The position numbers and the translations under genes are program-made. Positions 12,252 through 26,559 of a stretch of DNA of 64,000 nt are shown one piece after another. Each line of letters opens with the position of its first letter. Within the stretch, counting starts at the first letter, position 1. Where the stretch lies: assembly GCF_009914755.1 (NCBI RefSeq), contig NC_060926.1. The stretch is one strand, 5' to 3'. The stretch comes from the human T2T-CHM13v2.0 reference genome, Homo sapiens. The notes beneath the pieces were generated by a model. It made no database searches. It was not told where the DNA came from and worked only from the letters and a program-made list of their open reading frames with translations.

Positions 12252-15200
12252 TTGAGGTGTTCTTTCTTTGGCCAGTCTACATCTTGGGTGTGCTTTGCTT
12301 TGGGCCTGTGAATGGAAGGGGCATTTCTTTGTTAGATAAGGAACTTTTCAGTAAAAAACAGCAGAGACCTGTCTAGTGGATGATTAAGCCTAAGCTTATG
12401 CTAAAGGGCAGGGGCTGAAATGATTTCATAACATTTTTCATCCTCACCATCTGGACCTAGACCTAATGTTGTGCAGCCTAGTACAGGAATTGTTAAGGCT
12501 TTGCTCACGTCCCACCCCCTCCCTAGTCTCCAAAGGACCTCAGCCCTCATTGATTTTCCCTCTTCTAGGACAGTTTTCAGCATTTAAGTTTAGTAATACT
12601 CAGTGTAGGGCTTGATTCTGCAATCTCCCTTGGTATAACCCGCCATGCTGCTGCTAGTCTCAGGCTCCCTCCGCTGTCTTTTGCTGCCCTTCTGCCCAGA
12701 CTCAGTGAGCGCTAAAGTCAGGAAGGGCCCAAGGGATCATGTAGTTTAACCCACTCATTTTATCAGTGGGGGAAAGAGAAGGCCAGCTCTAGGCTCTCTC
12801 TCACGGTGGAGGGAAAAGTGACACACACCTTGTTAAAAGAATCCCAAGCCGAATTGAACAGATTGGGAGCTTTGGTGTTTGTTTTGGTGGACTCTTTCTT
12901 GTATGCCTGCAGTTTCTCCACTTAGATCTGACATCCTTTTACCTAATTAAATTCCCTTCCCAGTCCTCTGCCGTCTTGCTTATGTTTTAGGTTGGTTCTG
13001 ATTTTTAGTATCAACCACAGAATCTCAAAACTAGAAGGATCTTTTGATGTCCTGAACTGCGATCCCTTGGGTTGGGGCCAGTGCTTCAATTACAATACCC
13101 CAGGAGTTCTTGTTATCAGTGTATCTTAGGAGGAACCAAAAAGAGTCCTCCCACAATAAGAAGAATTGTTTTTATCTGTTCTTAAAACGCTAATTTCCTT
13201 GAGTTTCTTAAAGCAAAGCCCACCTGTACGAATGTCCGTAGGTGAAAATATTGGCCCATTTAAGTTACACTTCTGCAACACAAGAGGGGTAAAATTCCAG
13301 CCCACCTGAGGAAATTCAAACACGTGGTTTAAGAGCTTATAAATGAAGGCAGAAGATTTTAGTTCAAAGAAAGAAATGGTTATGGCTAGTAAAGCCAAAA
13401 TGGGATCTTAATTCAGGATTAATTGATTAAATACTTAACTAATTAATCTTCTAACTGGCTTCTGTTGCAATCAGGGTTCAGTTTTTAGACATGACCCCTG
13501 CATGTGAAAGTGAATATCTGCAGCTCGAATGTGTGCAGTGGGACAGGCATGGCCCCGAAACCAGACAGGGCAATTCAGATCTGAGGCTAAATGAAAGAGG
13601 TAGGTGACAGCAGGTTTCAGCTTCCCAAATTTCTTTTCATCCATTTCTTTTATATCATAAATTTGAGAAAAAATTGATCTGTTCATTTAGTAAGCCCATT
13701 TAGAAATAAGCTCAAATTATTACTTCCATGCCAGAAACTTGAGGCTGGGGTTACTATTATTTTTGAGCTTGGAAATTGCCATTCATCCTGCTGCAAATGA
13801 ATTAGACTATATATATATTTTAAACCCATTAAAATCAACATATATTAAAAATATTCCTAACTCCTGTCTTTATTCTTGTTCTTATGTCTCACACAATGGT
13901 CCTACTTGAATGCCTTAGAGACAATGGAGTCTCTGGCATCTCTCAGGTCTCTCCTTGACATCAAGAGCAGAGCAAACATGCTGAAGGACGTGGACCCCAT
14001 GTGAACCATAGCCTTCCTCCCTGTGGCTTTGGCCTGGTACAGTCCAAAATGCCAGCCGCTCAAAAACCCACCCACTCACACGGGCCTTGTTTTCAGCAAA
14101 TCTTCAAGTCTGGATGGAGGAAACGCTTTACCCTTAATACGTTCTTAAGCCATGCATAACTCTAAGCCTGTTTTAACCATGTGCTTCTAATTAATTTTTA
14201 CTTAATTCTTCAGTGTTTCCTTTATTTTTGTTTTTTATAAGAAGCAGCCACATGATGAGTAAGCCTGGAGAATAAGCTTTCTGAAGAGGTTTTCTTGACA
14301 ATAAAAACAATATGTTTATTGAAAGGTCAAACTAATGGCCAAGGCCAATGGAGTCTCCAGGTTGGGTTGTAAGGTGTGAACTGTAGGTAGAGTGCTGAGG
14401 AGATGCTTCATTTGGACTCCCCGGTGCCTTGAAGCTGTAGAGTAACCATCTCCGTTTGGCCTCGTTCTCAAATTCTACTACCTCCCTGCAGGGCTGTTGT
14501 GCTGTGTGTAGCAATACCTTTTGTGGTTTGCTTCCAAAGTTCTTCATTCAATACCTCATCTTTGCCTCTGCAGTGGTGTCATTCTTTTTCACTTCTTTCT
14601 TCCTCTTCCCCTTTTTCCTTTTCATTTGGGGGAAAGCATTTATGAAAAGAGGTCAAGTAACTTGGCCAAAGTTCTGATGGTGCTGGAAATAGAACTCTGG
14701 ACTGTTGACCCCCACATCCTAAGCCCAAAGATGAGACCACCCAGTGGGATCCTGGGCTGTCTCCAGAGCAGCTTCCCAGAACTGGGCTCTTGGCAGAGTT
14801 TGCCTTTTAGAATACAGAGAATTAATGCACAGAAGGGGATTTCCCTTTCTTCCTGCCACCCTCCCTCCTCCCACTTCCAATCAAGAGAAGAGCCTGTCCA
14901 AGTGTAGGAAAGGGAATTATATTGGGTAACTGTGGGTAGCAGAAAGAACTAAGAACCTTATTGCAATGAAGTTGCAAGTCCAGACGTTGGTTCCAACCTG
15001 ATCCCCTCCCCCACCTCCAGGCAAAAGAAAAGTTAAAACAAATACTGGAGATAGGGGAGATTATTTTAGGACTCTGGCAAGCACAGCAGTTCCCTTGCAT
15101 TGCTGGCAGGTACCCAAGTTTATCTGTGTTTATGGGGATCTGCAGTGTTGATCTGTGGTGCATGGAAGCGTGCAGGTCCGTATACTCCATAGTCAATTAC

Positions 15201-15755
15201 GTTTCCTGCTCATCCAAAATTTCAGGGCAAGATAATCGACTGGGAGAAGGAAAGGAGGGGGCTTTTGATTAATCTGAAGGACTTGAACAAATGTTCTATT
15301 ACCTTTTTTGGTCCTGGGTGCCGTGCAGACCTCTGTCAATTCTGAAGGAAGACTTCAGTGAGGCCTAGTACTTTCTCAATCCAGTAAGAGAAAAAGCCCT
15401 GTGGCCACTTGAGGGTTGGTTCTACTCTCTTCTTTTTTCCCAGTCTGCAGACCTTCTATTTCCCTTTGGGTTAGATCGGAGAGATTCCTAGAGAATTAAT
15501 GGGGACACGGAGACAGAGAGAGATAGTTGAGGGAAGCATGATAAACAAATCACAGTAAGACAAAGGAAGAACCTGGGGTGTTTCTAACCAGTGAGAAATC
15601 TTCATGGTGGAATTTCAGACCTTAGGATGGCCTAATAGGCAGGGTACATGTTGGTTAGGGTGACTAGCATATCTTGGGCCTCTTGAATCATGCTTCATAG
15701 GTGCCTCTTCCACTCACATTCAAATTCCTAATTGTGGGACAAAAGAAAAAGTCTG

Positions 15756-16091
<336 letters not shown>

Positions 16092-18111
16092 TCATGTTCT
16101 ACTTTGGTCTTTGCGTTTGCTTCCCGTAGAAATGTACTTTTTCTAATTATCAAATAATTATCTCAAATATAAGATGCAGGCAACAGTTTTCTCAAATACC
16201 TCTGCTTCTGGAAGGAGGGTAGAGAGGAATTAGCCCAACCCTCTAATTTAATACATTGATGTTCTTTGAAACTTTTTAAAAAAAGGAACAAGAAAGTAAA
16301 AAATCTGCACAGCAATGGCTCCTTTTAACCAACCTCTTAATGGGCAATTTTAAGTACTTTCAGAATTTGGAAGAATGTTTATGTCAGAAATATGTATCAT
16401 CTCAGCATCTTGGTTATGCTTATCCAAAAGTCTTGGCCTTCCTGCTTCTTCCTCTTGTAAGGGAATTTATGTAGAAAGAGGGTATGTAATCAACCATGTT
16501 CACACTGCAGAGAGAGTTTATACAGGAAGGCACTGGTTTGGGCTTTGTAATACTGAAGGCTTTACACCCAGAAGAATTTTGTAATCTAGCACACTCAATC
16601 TCCGGGGGCATAAGTTTTCTCCAATTATTGCCTTGAAGTTTTATTAAGGATCAAAGGAACGGCCTTACAAAGAATGTGCCTTCACTGTCAGCAGTGCTTC
16701 TGTGGACTTGCTGCTTTCTCTAGCATGCATGTCCATTGGAAAGACCCATGTGTTGGATTCCTTATTGGATGGTTTTACTGGAGGAAGACTTAGGGCTTTA
16801 TTTTAGGAATTTGAAGACTTCCACCACCCTTCACAGTATCACAGGTGTTTGCCTCCTAGAGCATTGTAAACTAGAAACACCAAGGGATAGAAAACATTTG
16901 TGGGAATAATGGATCCATGCAAAAATACCTCAAAGAGCAAAATTTGGCTTGATACCAAGCAGAGGAGTGAAAACTCAAGTGCTGAGCTTCCAGAAGCTTC
17001 CTGGAGAGGAGCTATTCCTTGGCATTGGTGCCAGTGCCCTAGTGAGAAGCAAAATTGTTGGCCAGGGTTCATGAGTGGTTACCCAAACCTAGATGCCAGA
17101 GATCATGGAGAAGAAACTCTAAGATGGCCAAGCTTTTCCCACTCTTCTCCTCCAGATGTTTCCCAGTGGGTAGATGTGATCTCTTAGGAAATTTGACCAT
17201 TTTCATAGCAGAAAGAAATCAAAACACGAAAGAGCCTTGAAAAGCTGTTACAGTGCTAAATGTATATTATGGGAATGCTTTTTTCCTTGGCCTTATCCTG
17301 GCCTGGCTCTAATTATCTACAGAGACATCTGATTAACTCCAAATGACATCGTCTATGTGTGAGTCCCATGGGGATGGCTTCTGGAAGGAACAGTTCAGGG
17401 ACCATATCACATTTCATTAGTTGGGTTCCCCCTTTCATGATTTCTCATTTTGGTTGAGAAATGAAGGACATTTTAGCTTTCCCTTCCCTCTTTTCCTTCT
17501 GTAAAAACTTAAGTCTCTGATAGTTGGCCAGGGGGCTCGATGGGTAGGGGAGAGTTAGGAGGGGACAGTGAGGGCTGGGAGATGATGCTAGGTGCTCTTT
17601 TCCTTCTCACCTGAGCCCTACCTGAACAATGGGCCAGACAGAGAATGGATATTGAGCAATTATGCTGTTTTCTTTCTCTGTTTATCCAAATGCTCTGTCT
17701 TTCACATGCGAGATGAAGGAAAACCCATTTCTACTACTGATTTTCTCTCCCTTCTCTGAATATGTGTAGGAATTATAGTCTTTACCATGCAGCTTAACAC
17801 ACATTTTACATCTATCTGTTGGCTAATGCTTAATTATATCCAAATGTTGTGTCTCCACCTTGCAGTAGGCTACTGGAGGCCCAGAACTCAATGGACAACT
17901 TCATATCTCCACGTTACCAGGACAGGGCTTAGCCACAGATATTTATGGATCACCTGATTGTTCTGCTACTGACATGTTCACCTCCTCAAAACCTGCTTTC
18001 AAAGCTTGGCAAATTCCGGGCCATTTTGGCAGCAGAGCTGTGGGACAAGATTTAAATTGTTTGTTGCCATTTATTGGTGAACTGGACAATCAATCCAAAT
18101 TTAAAATTCTC

Positions 18112-18122
18112 TAATCAGATTA
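18112..18122. promoter_or_regulatory. Paired-class homeodomain dimer (P3) motif TAATCAGATTA in a motif-dense unique segment
   Basis: Exact TAATNNNATTA match, with nearby TTTATTGG (18070-18077) and SOX-like ATTGTT/CCTTTGT. Motif match only. Confidence 0.35.
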
Positions 18123-20697
18123 GTTTATTTTTAATCATCTGGAGTCTGGCTGGGTTTGTTCTGTGTGGGAGCCAGTGAGACCCAACTGTTTCATTGACTT
18201 CCTTTGTATACTCTTGACAAAAGTCTTTTCATCCTCGCCCACCTTATGCCTTCAAAACTGTGAGTCAAGCTGCATTTCCTTTTTTTCTCCTTCCTCCCCA
18301 TGGATACATCTTAGTTGCCATTTTTTCTTACACCCCTTTTGTTAGGTGTTAGGGCTTCAGTCATGCTGCCTCCCTTTGGCAGGGCTGGGAGGGGTGTGTG
18401 TGTATGTACATATCTGCATCTGTGTGTGTGTGGCTTTTTGCATGCGTATCTGATGGTTGTGTGTACACTCATTCATGCACAATCGCTGGCGAGTAGTTTG
18501 AGTAACATGGCATCCAGCAGGGATCTTGGGCCCCGGAAACTGAAGAACTAACCATTTTTCATCCAGAGACTAGTTTATTTCTCACTGATATTAAGTTTGT
18601 TTAACCTGTGATACAGAATTGTGAAGGGATTCTATTTCATGAGTTTGTAAGTTCTTTTCTTTTCTATGGGTTTTAGCCAGTTTGTCTTTAATGTGAAATT
18701 TGTATTCTGTGCTCACATATTTTGATATGTTTTGCTTCCTGGGGTCATACTTAGGGTACAAATCAACCAGATACAGATTAACCTGTGGATGTTTAGCCTT
18801 TGCTAAGTGCATCCTTGTCTCTAAATTCTTAAATTCCAGCACCCTGGTTAAAACAGTAGGAGGTGTGAGGAGGAACCCTTCTGAGAACAGATAGGCAGAA
18901 ACATGTACACGGCGCCAATCTCCCATGGCTCCTTGCTCTTGCCAGGGTGCAGCAGGCACACGTGCACCCCGTACTGTCACTCACAGACACATGCCTGGAT
19001 GCCCAGGTGCACACTCACACAGCCATCACACAGGATTTGCAGTTCTGCAAGAGGTGGGGCTGTGAAACGCTCTCCTTCTCTATGCGCATGTCTTTTATCC
19101 CCTCTCTTGGGTGGCTCCTGCAGTAGCGGGTGCTATTGGAGTAGTGTATGCTCCAGCCCTCTCTCGGACTGCAGCCCTGGGGGACACTGTTCTGCTCCCC
19201 TCCTGTCCGGGGAGTTGCTGCTCTGCCCTAGGGTCAAATGCAGACTGGTCAGGGACAATCTGGAAATACTGTAGGGATGCATGGGATAGGTAAAAACCAT
19301 GCTTCCTCTGTCTGGAAACAACACTGACTGTGGCTTTTTTATTTTAGGGACATGATGTCACTCTTCTGTTTCAAAAGTGTGCATATTGCCTAAGGTTCTC
19401 ATGTTCACGTAGACTGTAATTTTTGAGATAGGCTGTGAGACACTAGATATATGGCGTCCCTTCGGCCACTTGTGTTTCTGGAGCTCGCAGAAGGACGGTT
19501 TACTGTTTCCACAGAAGTCTGAATGTTGGTTGAGCGTCCTACCTTCACAGGAGGACCAGGCAGGGCACAGCCATGGTACCGCCCCCCACAACCACAAAAA
19601 CACCCTATGATTTAGACAAGAGACAGTTATGGGCATCTTTACTTCATAGGTGGATGATGAAATTGAGACAGCGAGAAGCCCAGGGGCTGGGATGCCAGCT
19701 CTCTAACCGTACCCTCTCTCTCAACCCGCAGGTCACCAGTACTGGCCCCATCTGCAGCGGATTATTTCTTCCTTCCTAAAAATCCAGGCTGCTTCTTGCC
19801 ATGTGGAGACAATGAGCTCCTTAACCAAGGGTGAAAAAGACCAACCAAATCAAAACAAACAAGGGCTTTTTTTTTTTTTAACACTTTTCTTAGGAAGTCA
19901 TTAAGGAATTATTGAGCTGATTAATGTGAGTGGAAAATATTTAAGTTTGGTCATTGTTTATGCTGGCCAGTTTGATTGCATTAGCAATTGACTTACAAAG
20001 CTGCTGTAGTGTTCCCTCCAAGCGTACTTTCATTCCTGGGTTGACTAATCAGTGGATCCCTGAGCTCAATGATGATGAGGGTCCCCCAGTGTTTAGAGGG
20101 GCTGCACTGGGGAGTAGAGAATGCAGGGGTGGGAAGAGGTGGGTCAATGCAGACCACTCCTCCCAGGCTGAGATTCACTTTTGTCCTTTGTTGGCAAAGA
20201 TGGTGATGCTAGGGAATTTGGAAGCTGAAAGGAAAACAAAGGACGGGGCTCAGGCAGAAGGCAAAGTGAAAAGGAGCGAGCAGCATCTGTTTATATAGGG
20301 CTCCAAGAGGCTCACGTTAGGCAGATCCTTTTTCTGGCAGATGCTGTGAGCAGCCTGCGGAGGAAGAGCCTCTCAGACAGCTAATGACAGGTTCCTTCTC
20401 CCTGGCGCGGCCACCTCCCCTCTCCAGCGGGTGGAGATGGAGAACCTGTCGGCCGGCCTCAGGGTGACCTCTCTCTCCACAGTCCCCTGCAACGGCCTCA
20501 TCTCTGCTGACAGCAGGCACAACACAGCACACACTCTGTGGGCCAGGATTTTCCTCCCTCTGAGAGCCGCCCATTGTGACGTGGACTAAATCCTGGCCAT
20601 CTTCCTCTTCCTCCCCCTTTGTCTTTTCTTAGAACTTCTGTTCCAGTTTTGTACTTGCCTAAGATACAGGGGACGTGGAGTGACTCTACAGAGTGGG

Positions 20698-20699
<2 letters not shown>

Positions 20700-20742
<43 letters not shown>

Positions 20743-20749
20743 TGTGTGT
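20700..20749. repeat. (GT)n microsatellite, about 20 perfect units
   Basis: Uninterrupted TG run 20701-20740, plus a short interrupted extension. Confidence 0.98.
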
Positions 20750-21039
20750 TGGGGGCTGGCTAACACCAGTGGCAGGCAGGCTGTGCCCCTTCCTCCCCAG
20801 AGCCCTCTAGCCCATTTCTGCCCCTGCTATTTCCCTGGGGTCCCAAGTCTTCCAAAGGTTGGTTTGGGCAGGGATGGTGGAGCTGGATCTGCATGTGTCA
20901 TTCCAGCTTCCCGGTTGGCATGCTCAGTCATTGCCATGAGGCCCAAACCACAGCCCCCAACTCTCTGAACACACACTGCTGACCATGGGAGGGAAGGGCA
21001 ACCCCTTCTCATATCATTTCATGCTCTCAGTGGCTCTTG

Positions 21040-21170
21040 GAGATGTGATTGTTCCCATTTGACAGCAAGGGAAACCGAGGTCAGAGAGACTGAGTAGATT
21101 GTTCATCCTGGTTAAGTAGGTAGTCTGAGTGCAGCACAGAATTAGCACCCAGACATGCTGGTGCCTAATT
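21040..21170 (-). mobile_element. MIR
   Basis: cccatttgacagcaagggaaaccgaggtcagagag. Confidence 0.65.
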
Positions 21171-21201
21171 TTGTGTTTCTTCTTCATAAAGCTGGATAGC
21201 A

Positions 21202-21295
21202 GGGAGACTAAGGTAGAAGGATTCCTTGAGCCCAGGAGTTCAAGACCAGCCTGGGCAGCATAGCAAGACCCCATCTCAAAATAAAAAAAAAAAAA
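21202..21295 (+). mobile_element. Partial Alu left monomer (FLAM/AluJ)
   Basis: ttgagcccaggagttcaagaccagcctgggcagcatagcaagacccc followed by an A-tail. Confidence 0.85.
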
Positions 21296-24200
21296 GCCAG
21301 ACAGCAAGGAAAAGATAGGGAGTAAAAGTAACCTAAGGAGAAAGAGAAACAGAGAGCAATGGGAAAGAGAAAAGGGAGGTGGTAGAAGTAAGGAGGGATT
21401 TAGGAACCTGGGAGGGACAGTCTCCTATCTCCAAGGGTCACAATGAGAAAGAAATGCAATAAATACTGTATATCTCCTAGGAAATGCAGATTTTGTCAGC
21501 TTGCCATGATATTCATTGATCACTTTCACTATTCAATTGACCATCTCCTGGGTACTCTGCCTGATCCTAGGCTCTTTGGGGACCCTTGAGACTGAGGAGA
21601 GATAGGCTCTTCCCACAGTGAGCTTGCTGCCTTCACTGGACATCCATGCTTGGAGAAGTTAAGTGGCAGCTGCTTACTGAAGAAATGTGAGTTGAGCATC
21701 TGCCACATGCTCAGCACCATTTAGGGTGAAGTTGTGGGTTCTAAGGAGCAAGCTCTGCATGGGGAAGGTGGTCAGGGAGTGTATCTCGGGGAAGAGGAGC
21801 AGGGGCTGAAGAGGACAAGGTGTCCTCCTCCCATTCTTAGCATGGAAAGGCATGCTGCATGAACCCTGAGACTATGTGCTGTACCCGTGACACCCTAGTG
21901 AGCCCCTGTTTGTCATTGTTTAGGTGTTTAGACTGGCCCGAATGGAGTGGTGATGGCAGGTGGCTGGGCCGTGTATGACTGGGAAGGCTTTCTGGGAGAA
22001 GTGCACCGTCCTGCCCTGGAAGGCAAGAGCCCTACCTAATAACTTCCTTCTGGCTGCTCTGCTCCTTCCCCTTCAGGATTCCTTAGGCACTGGCTGCATA
22101 GCCCCTCCGAGGGGCTTTTGAGCAGGACCTCTCAGGGTGGGTCTTTGAAGGTCATAAACCCAAGAAGATCCATGTTGGCTCCTGGGACCCACAGTCTTCC
22201 AACTCTGCTCTCTGATGTCACTGTCCCCAGGAGAAGGGTCACCCAGGCTACAGGAGGGTGAGGCCTTTTGGGGGTGGTGGCCGAGGAGACCTGGATTCAG
22301 GCTTGTTTCTGGCCAGCTGTGTGACATTGAGTGGAGATGATGATGGCCGAGGTAGTGACAGACACTATTCATTGAGCCTGGCCCTGTGCTAAGCACTTGA
22401 CAGACATCAACTCATCTGCTACTCACAGCAGCTCTGTAAGGGAGGTGCTGTCATCCTCCTTGTGCAGACGAAGAAGCCAAAGCTGATGGAACTCCTGGGC
22501 ATCAAGAGGTAGGGTTGAGATTCACACCTGCTCTTGCTGACTCCAAAGGCCTTGTGCTAATGATTAGGCCACACTGCCTCCCCAGTTATTACTCCTGGGC
22601 CTCCCTTCTCACTGTGTAATTGGGACTTGAATTGACTGTTTGGGAGCGTTCTAGAATTCCAGTGAGAGGTGTCCCCAAGTAGGCCTTGGCCTGGGGAAAG
22701 ACGATGCTTCAGAAATGGCAGGGAGGAGCAGGCCCAAGTTACAGAGCCCCTGTTTGCCCCACAGCAGCCTGTGGGCTGCTTCTCACCTCCTTCCTCCCCT
22801 GGCCATCCAGAGTGGCCTGCTCTGCTAGAAGCCCACGAAGTATACCCTGGGGCTCCTGTACCTACGGCTGCCAGGCCTTGGGTAAGGTGCCCTGGGCAGC
22901 TGCCCAAGGCTGCCCTCCTCGTGGAGCAGGCCTTCAGCAAACATCCCTGCTGAGCGATGCTCTTGCTCGGTGCTGTCCGCTGCTGTCATCCCGTGGCTGC
23001 TGCTGTCTGCCACATCAGGTTAGAAGTAGAAATTTCCTTCTAGACCCCAGAGTCCTCCCCTCCCCCGCTGCTGCTGTTCATCTTGGGGGACCCACCCTTT
23101 GTTGGTAGGACCTCCCTTGGAGAGATGGGGGCTGGAGGGAGCCGGGGACTTGTCATCCTGGGAGTTCCAGGGCTGGGCTTGGCTGGGACATGTTGGGCTG
23201 ACCACCCCTGTGGTCAGGGCCTGCGACTGGTGAGGTTCTAAGGCCTCCCCTCTCTCAGCAGCTGCTTCACAGCCTCACGGGAGGTGATCGGACACCAGCC
23301 TGGCAGGGCAGCCTCATCTCATCTTCTGTAGCTCCCAGCCTTCCACTGTGGAAGTGCTCACTAAATAGGTGTTGAACGGAGGTGTGAACCCAGGATGAGG
23401 CAGAGTCCCGTCAGAGGCCTGTACAGGCAAACTCAGCATCAGCACGGCTTTAGAGACCGAGTGCCCGCTTTTTCTCTCTTTTTGATAAATTCTCTTCCCT
23501 CCCTGTCTCTCCTGTCTCCTTTCCATCATGCCAAAGCACCCCATGCCTTGGGGAAAGCTGAATGCCAGGAATCGGGTGGCTTTTGGTGTGACTGTACAGA
23601 GCAGGCAGCCTGTGGGGTAGGGTTGCACTGAGAGGGGTATTCTGAAGCCACAGGCCCAGGGAGACAGACAGGCTGTGGTCTGTGAGACTACCTGATTTCC
23701 CACCTTGCCTTCTGATAGATGAATCAAGCCGGGACGCCCAGTCACCCTGACTTTGACTCTTTCCTGGAGGGACCCACCCAAGCTGCACATTCCCAGGGCC
23801 AGTGCACCCTTTCCCGTGTGCCTGGGAGTCTCAGTCCTGCTCCTCCCATTCCTGAGTTCGTCTCCAAGTCCAGGGTATCACTGTGACCCGAGGAAGCCCA
23901 GTGACACGGTCCCAGCAAGGGTGTGGTGAAGGAAGTTGTTTTTCTTAATGGTAAACAGGATAGTAAAATGACAATAGCAGCGTAGACACTTCTCAGTTAT
24001 TTACAAGTGGATTCCTCTGCCTTCCGGATGATCTCCTCCCCACGGTTGAATTGGTTCCCAAGGGGGGCCTTGAGGAAGGAACAAAGATTACTGAGACTGT
24101 ATTACATGTCAGGTGTCGTGGCAGGCACTTTACGTAATTGCCCCTCAAGCCCCATTGTCCATGTTTATATCTCATTTGCTCATAAGGAACTAAGGCTCTT

Positions 24201-24609
24201 GGACTTTATTAAATAAGTTTCCTGTGGTCATTTGGTTAAAAAGTGCCCTCACCAGGCCATCTCACTCCATGAGTTACTGTCTTCCTGCTCCGTGAGTGTG
24301 CCCCGTGTGCATGTACACAAGTGTATGTGGAAAGGGCACAAGGGAAGGTGGACTCCACGCAGTCCGCCCGTTCTCATGCTTCATGCAGTGCTCACAGCAT
24401 TTGAGGCTCATGAAATTCTCCCACCAGCAAGAGCTTATTCATACTGCCTTTGAATTTCTGGGGCCATTTTAAATCAAAGAGCCCCCAAACATTTCCATAG
24501 AGTTGTTTTCAACTTATTTTCGTACCTCCCTGGAAGATGGAAAGTGGGAGCTGAAACTATTGCAAACTAGGAAACTTAGGGCCCAAGAAGAGAATAAATC
24601 CAGAATCTG

Positions 24610-25150
24610 ACCCCTTCTCTTCATTTCCACTACCCTGGTCTAAGCCTCTGCCTTCTCCTACCAGGGAACTTGCAGTCACCTCCTAATGGGTCTCTCGGCT
24701 TCCACCCTTGAGCTTCCTGCTGCCTCAGCCAGCATGATCCTCGGGTTACGTTATTCTTCTGCTCAGAATCCCACAGTGGGCTCTCATCATGGGTGAAAAT
24801 CCTTAAAACAGCCTACAAGGCCACACATGGTCTGTACCCCACCCCTGCTTCTCCGGCCTCATTGTGCATTTTTCTCTCCCAACTCCTCCCACTGGCCTCC
24901 TTGCATCCCTGAGACTTACTAGGCATCCCCTTGTTGTCTTGGCCATTCCCTCTGCCTGGATCACTTTTGATCACTGAAACCCCACTTCAAATCTTTGTTG
25001 TAATGTGCCCACAATAAGGCATACCCTGAATACTCTACTTAAAACCGCAATGCCCTTCCCCCATCCTGATCTCCTTACCCCATGCTATTTATTCTGTAGT
25101 GTAGAGTATGTACTTATCACATTCTGAAAGATCATATAATTTACTTATGG
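24610..25150 (+). mobile_element. L2 fragment
   Basis: cctcctaatgggtctctc, aaaatccttaaaacagcctacaaggcc, ttccctctgcctgga. Confidence 0.7.
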
Positions 25151-26559
25151 AGTTGAAGAGATTTAGAATTCTGCCTTTCAGTAAAATTAGACAATGAATT
25201 CTGTGCATAACATGGGTTGAATAGCAAAGCTTCTGAGAAAAGGCGACCTGATGAACACCCTCCTTAAACTCTCCTCACTTTCTGAGCCATCCCTTTGGCA
25301 TTTTCCTTGAGGTCAGGGATCAGACATCATTACTTGAATCCCCTATGAGTTTCGGCTTTTCTGCTGGTACACACTCAGTAGGCGTTGGTGGACTTGAGAG
25401 GAACTGAAATTGCCACTGCTCCTGAAGAGAACAAATAACCAGGAACTTGCAGATTAAAGGATGAAGGTAGATTTTTTTAGGGTGTCCTAATAAACGGACC
25501 AAGCCCAGAATCTCACCCACATGATCTTGCAGGCTTTTGCTCAAGGGACTTTGATCTTAAGCTCAGTATTTTCCAGTAGGTGGTCTGCTCGCAAACTTAT
25601 TTGCTTTTAATCAAGACCTGCCTGTGAGAACTATTAATTCAGATGATCTAATCAAAACCACACAGGAGGCTTTAATGATGCTACTCTGCCCCTGCTTCTC
25701 CCCCTCCCTCCACCATGACACTCTGATTCCGTTTAAAGAAGCCCAAATGTGGTTTCAGGGCCTTGGAGAAAACTGCTGGAGGAAGGCCAGCCTCACAGCC
25801 TTTTGTCATGTATGCCTCTGGTTCTTTTCTGACTAGAACTCTCCAAGCAAACTCATTCGAAGAGTCCACAGACCATTCTTCCTTCTGATCTGTGTATCTT
25901 CTCTCAAGGAATCACCCCAGCCTTAATATGAAAGTTATCATTTTTTTTCTGATATAACTAAAAACCCCTTAGAAGCAGTATGGCCTAGTGAGAGGAGTGC
26001 AGGGTCTCATGGCTTGCTGACTGACAGGCTGTGTGGGTCTTGGAAGAATAACGTGAGTTCCCAGAACATCAGTTTGCTTATCTGCAAAATGGGGAATTAC
26101 AGTCCACAATTAATAATTCACTCGACATTTGGAATATGTATTATAAGGGAAAGCATAGGGTGTTATGAAAGCATGAAATAGTGGGATCTAACCTTGTTGA
26201 AACAGGCAGAGTGGGACTGGGGGTTGTCAGGGACAACTTTCTTGAGAAGGTAAGTTTGAGATGGGTGTTGATAGAGGGTGAGTTTTAAGTAGGCCGAGTC
26301 AGCACCTTGGTCCCCCTTCCTTTATATTCATGTACCAGCTTGATCTCCTGGGGAAATGTGAGAAGTGTTCTGGAGAAGCATGGAGGTTTAGAGCCACCGT
26401 GAACCTCAGAGCACATTATGTAGCCCACCCTGTCTGCCCTCACTCTTCTCAGTATTGCCAATGAAGGCAGTGGCGCCCACGAGCTAATGTGACTTCCTCA
26501 TACCCCTCAGCTGATGAGCAACAGAGCTGGGACTACAGGACATAGCCATCTTTGTCCCT

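Noticed and set aside
19702-19931. Acceptor-like site at 19731 with a possible donor at 19926; other lone acceptors at about 8876 and 51761
   Set aside because: Isolated splice-like signals are frequent in introns, and there is no recognisable coding frame or exon chain.
23314-23790. Longest ORF (158 aa), plus the GC-rich overlapping ORFs at 22557-23108
   Set aside because: No homology recognised. Overlapping frames on both strands are expected in GC-rich, stop-poor DNA.
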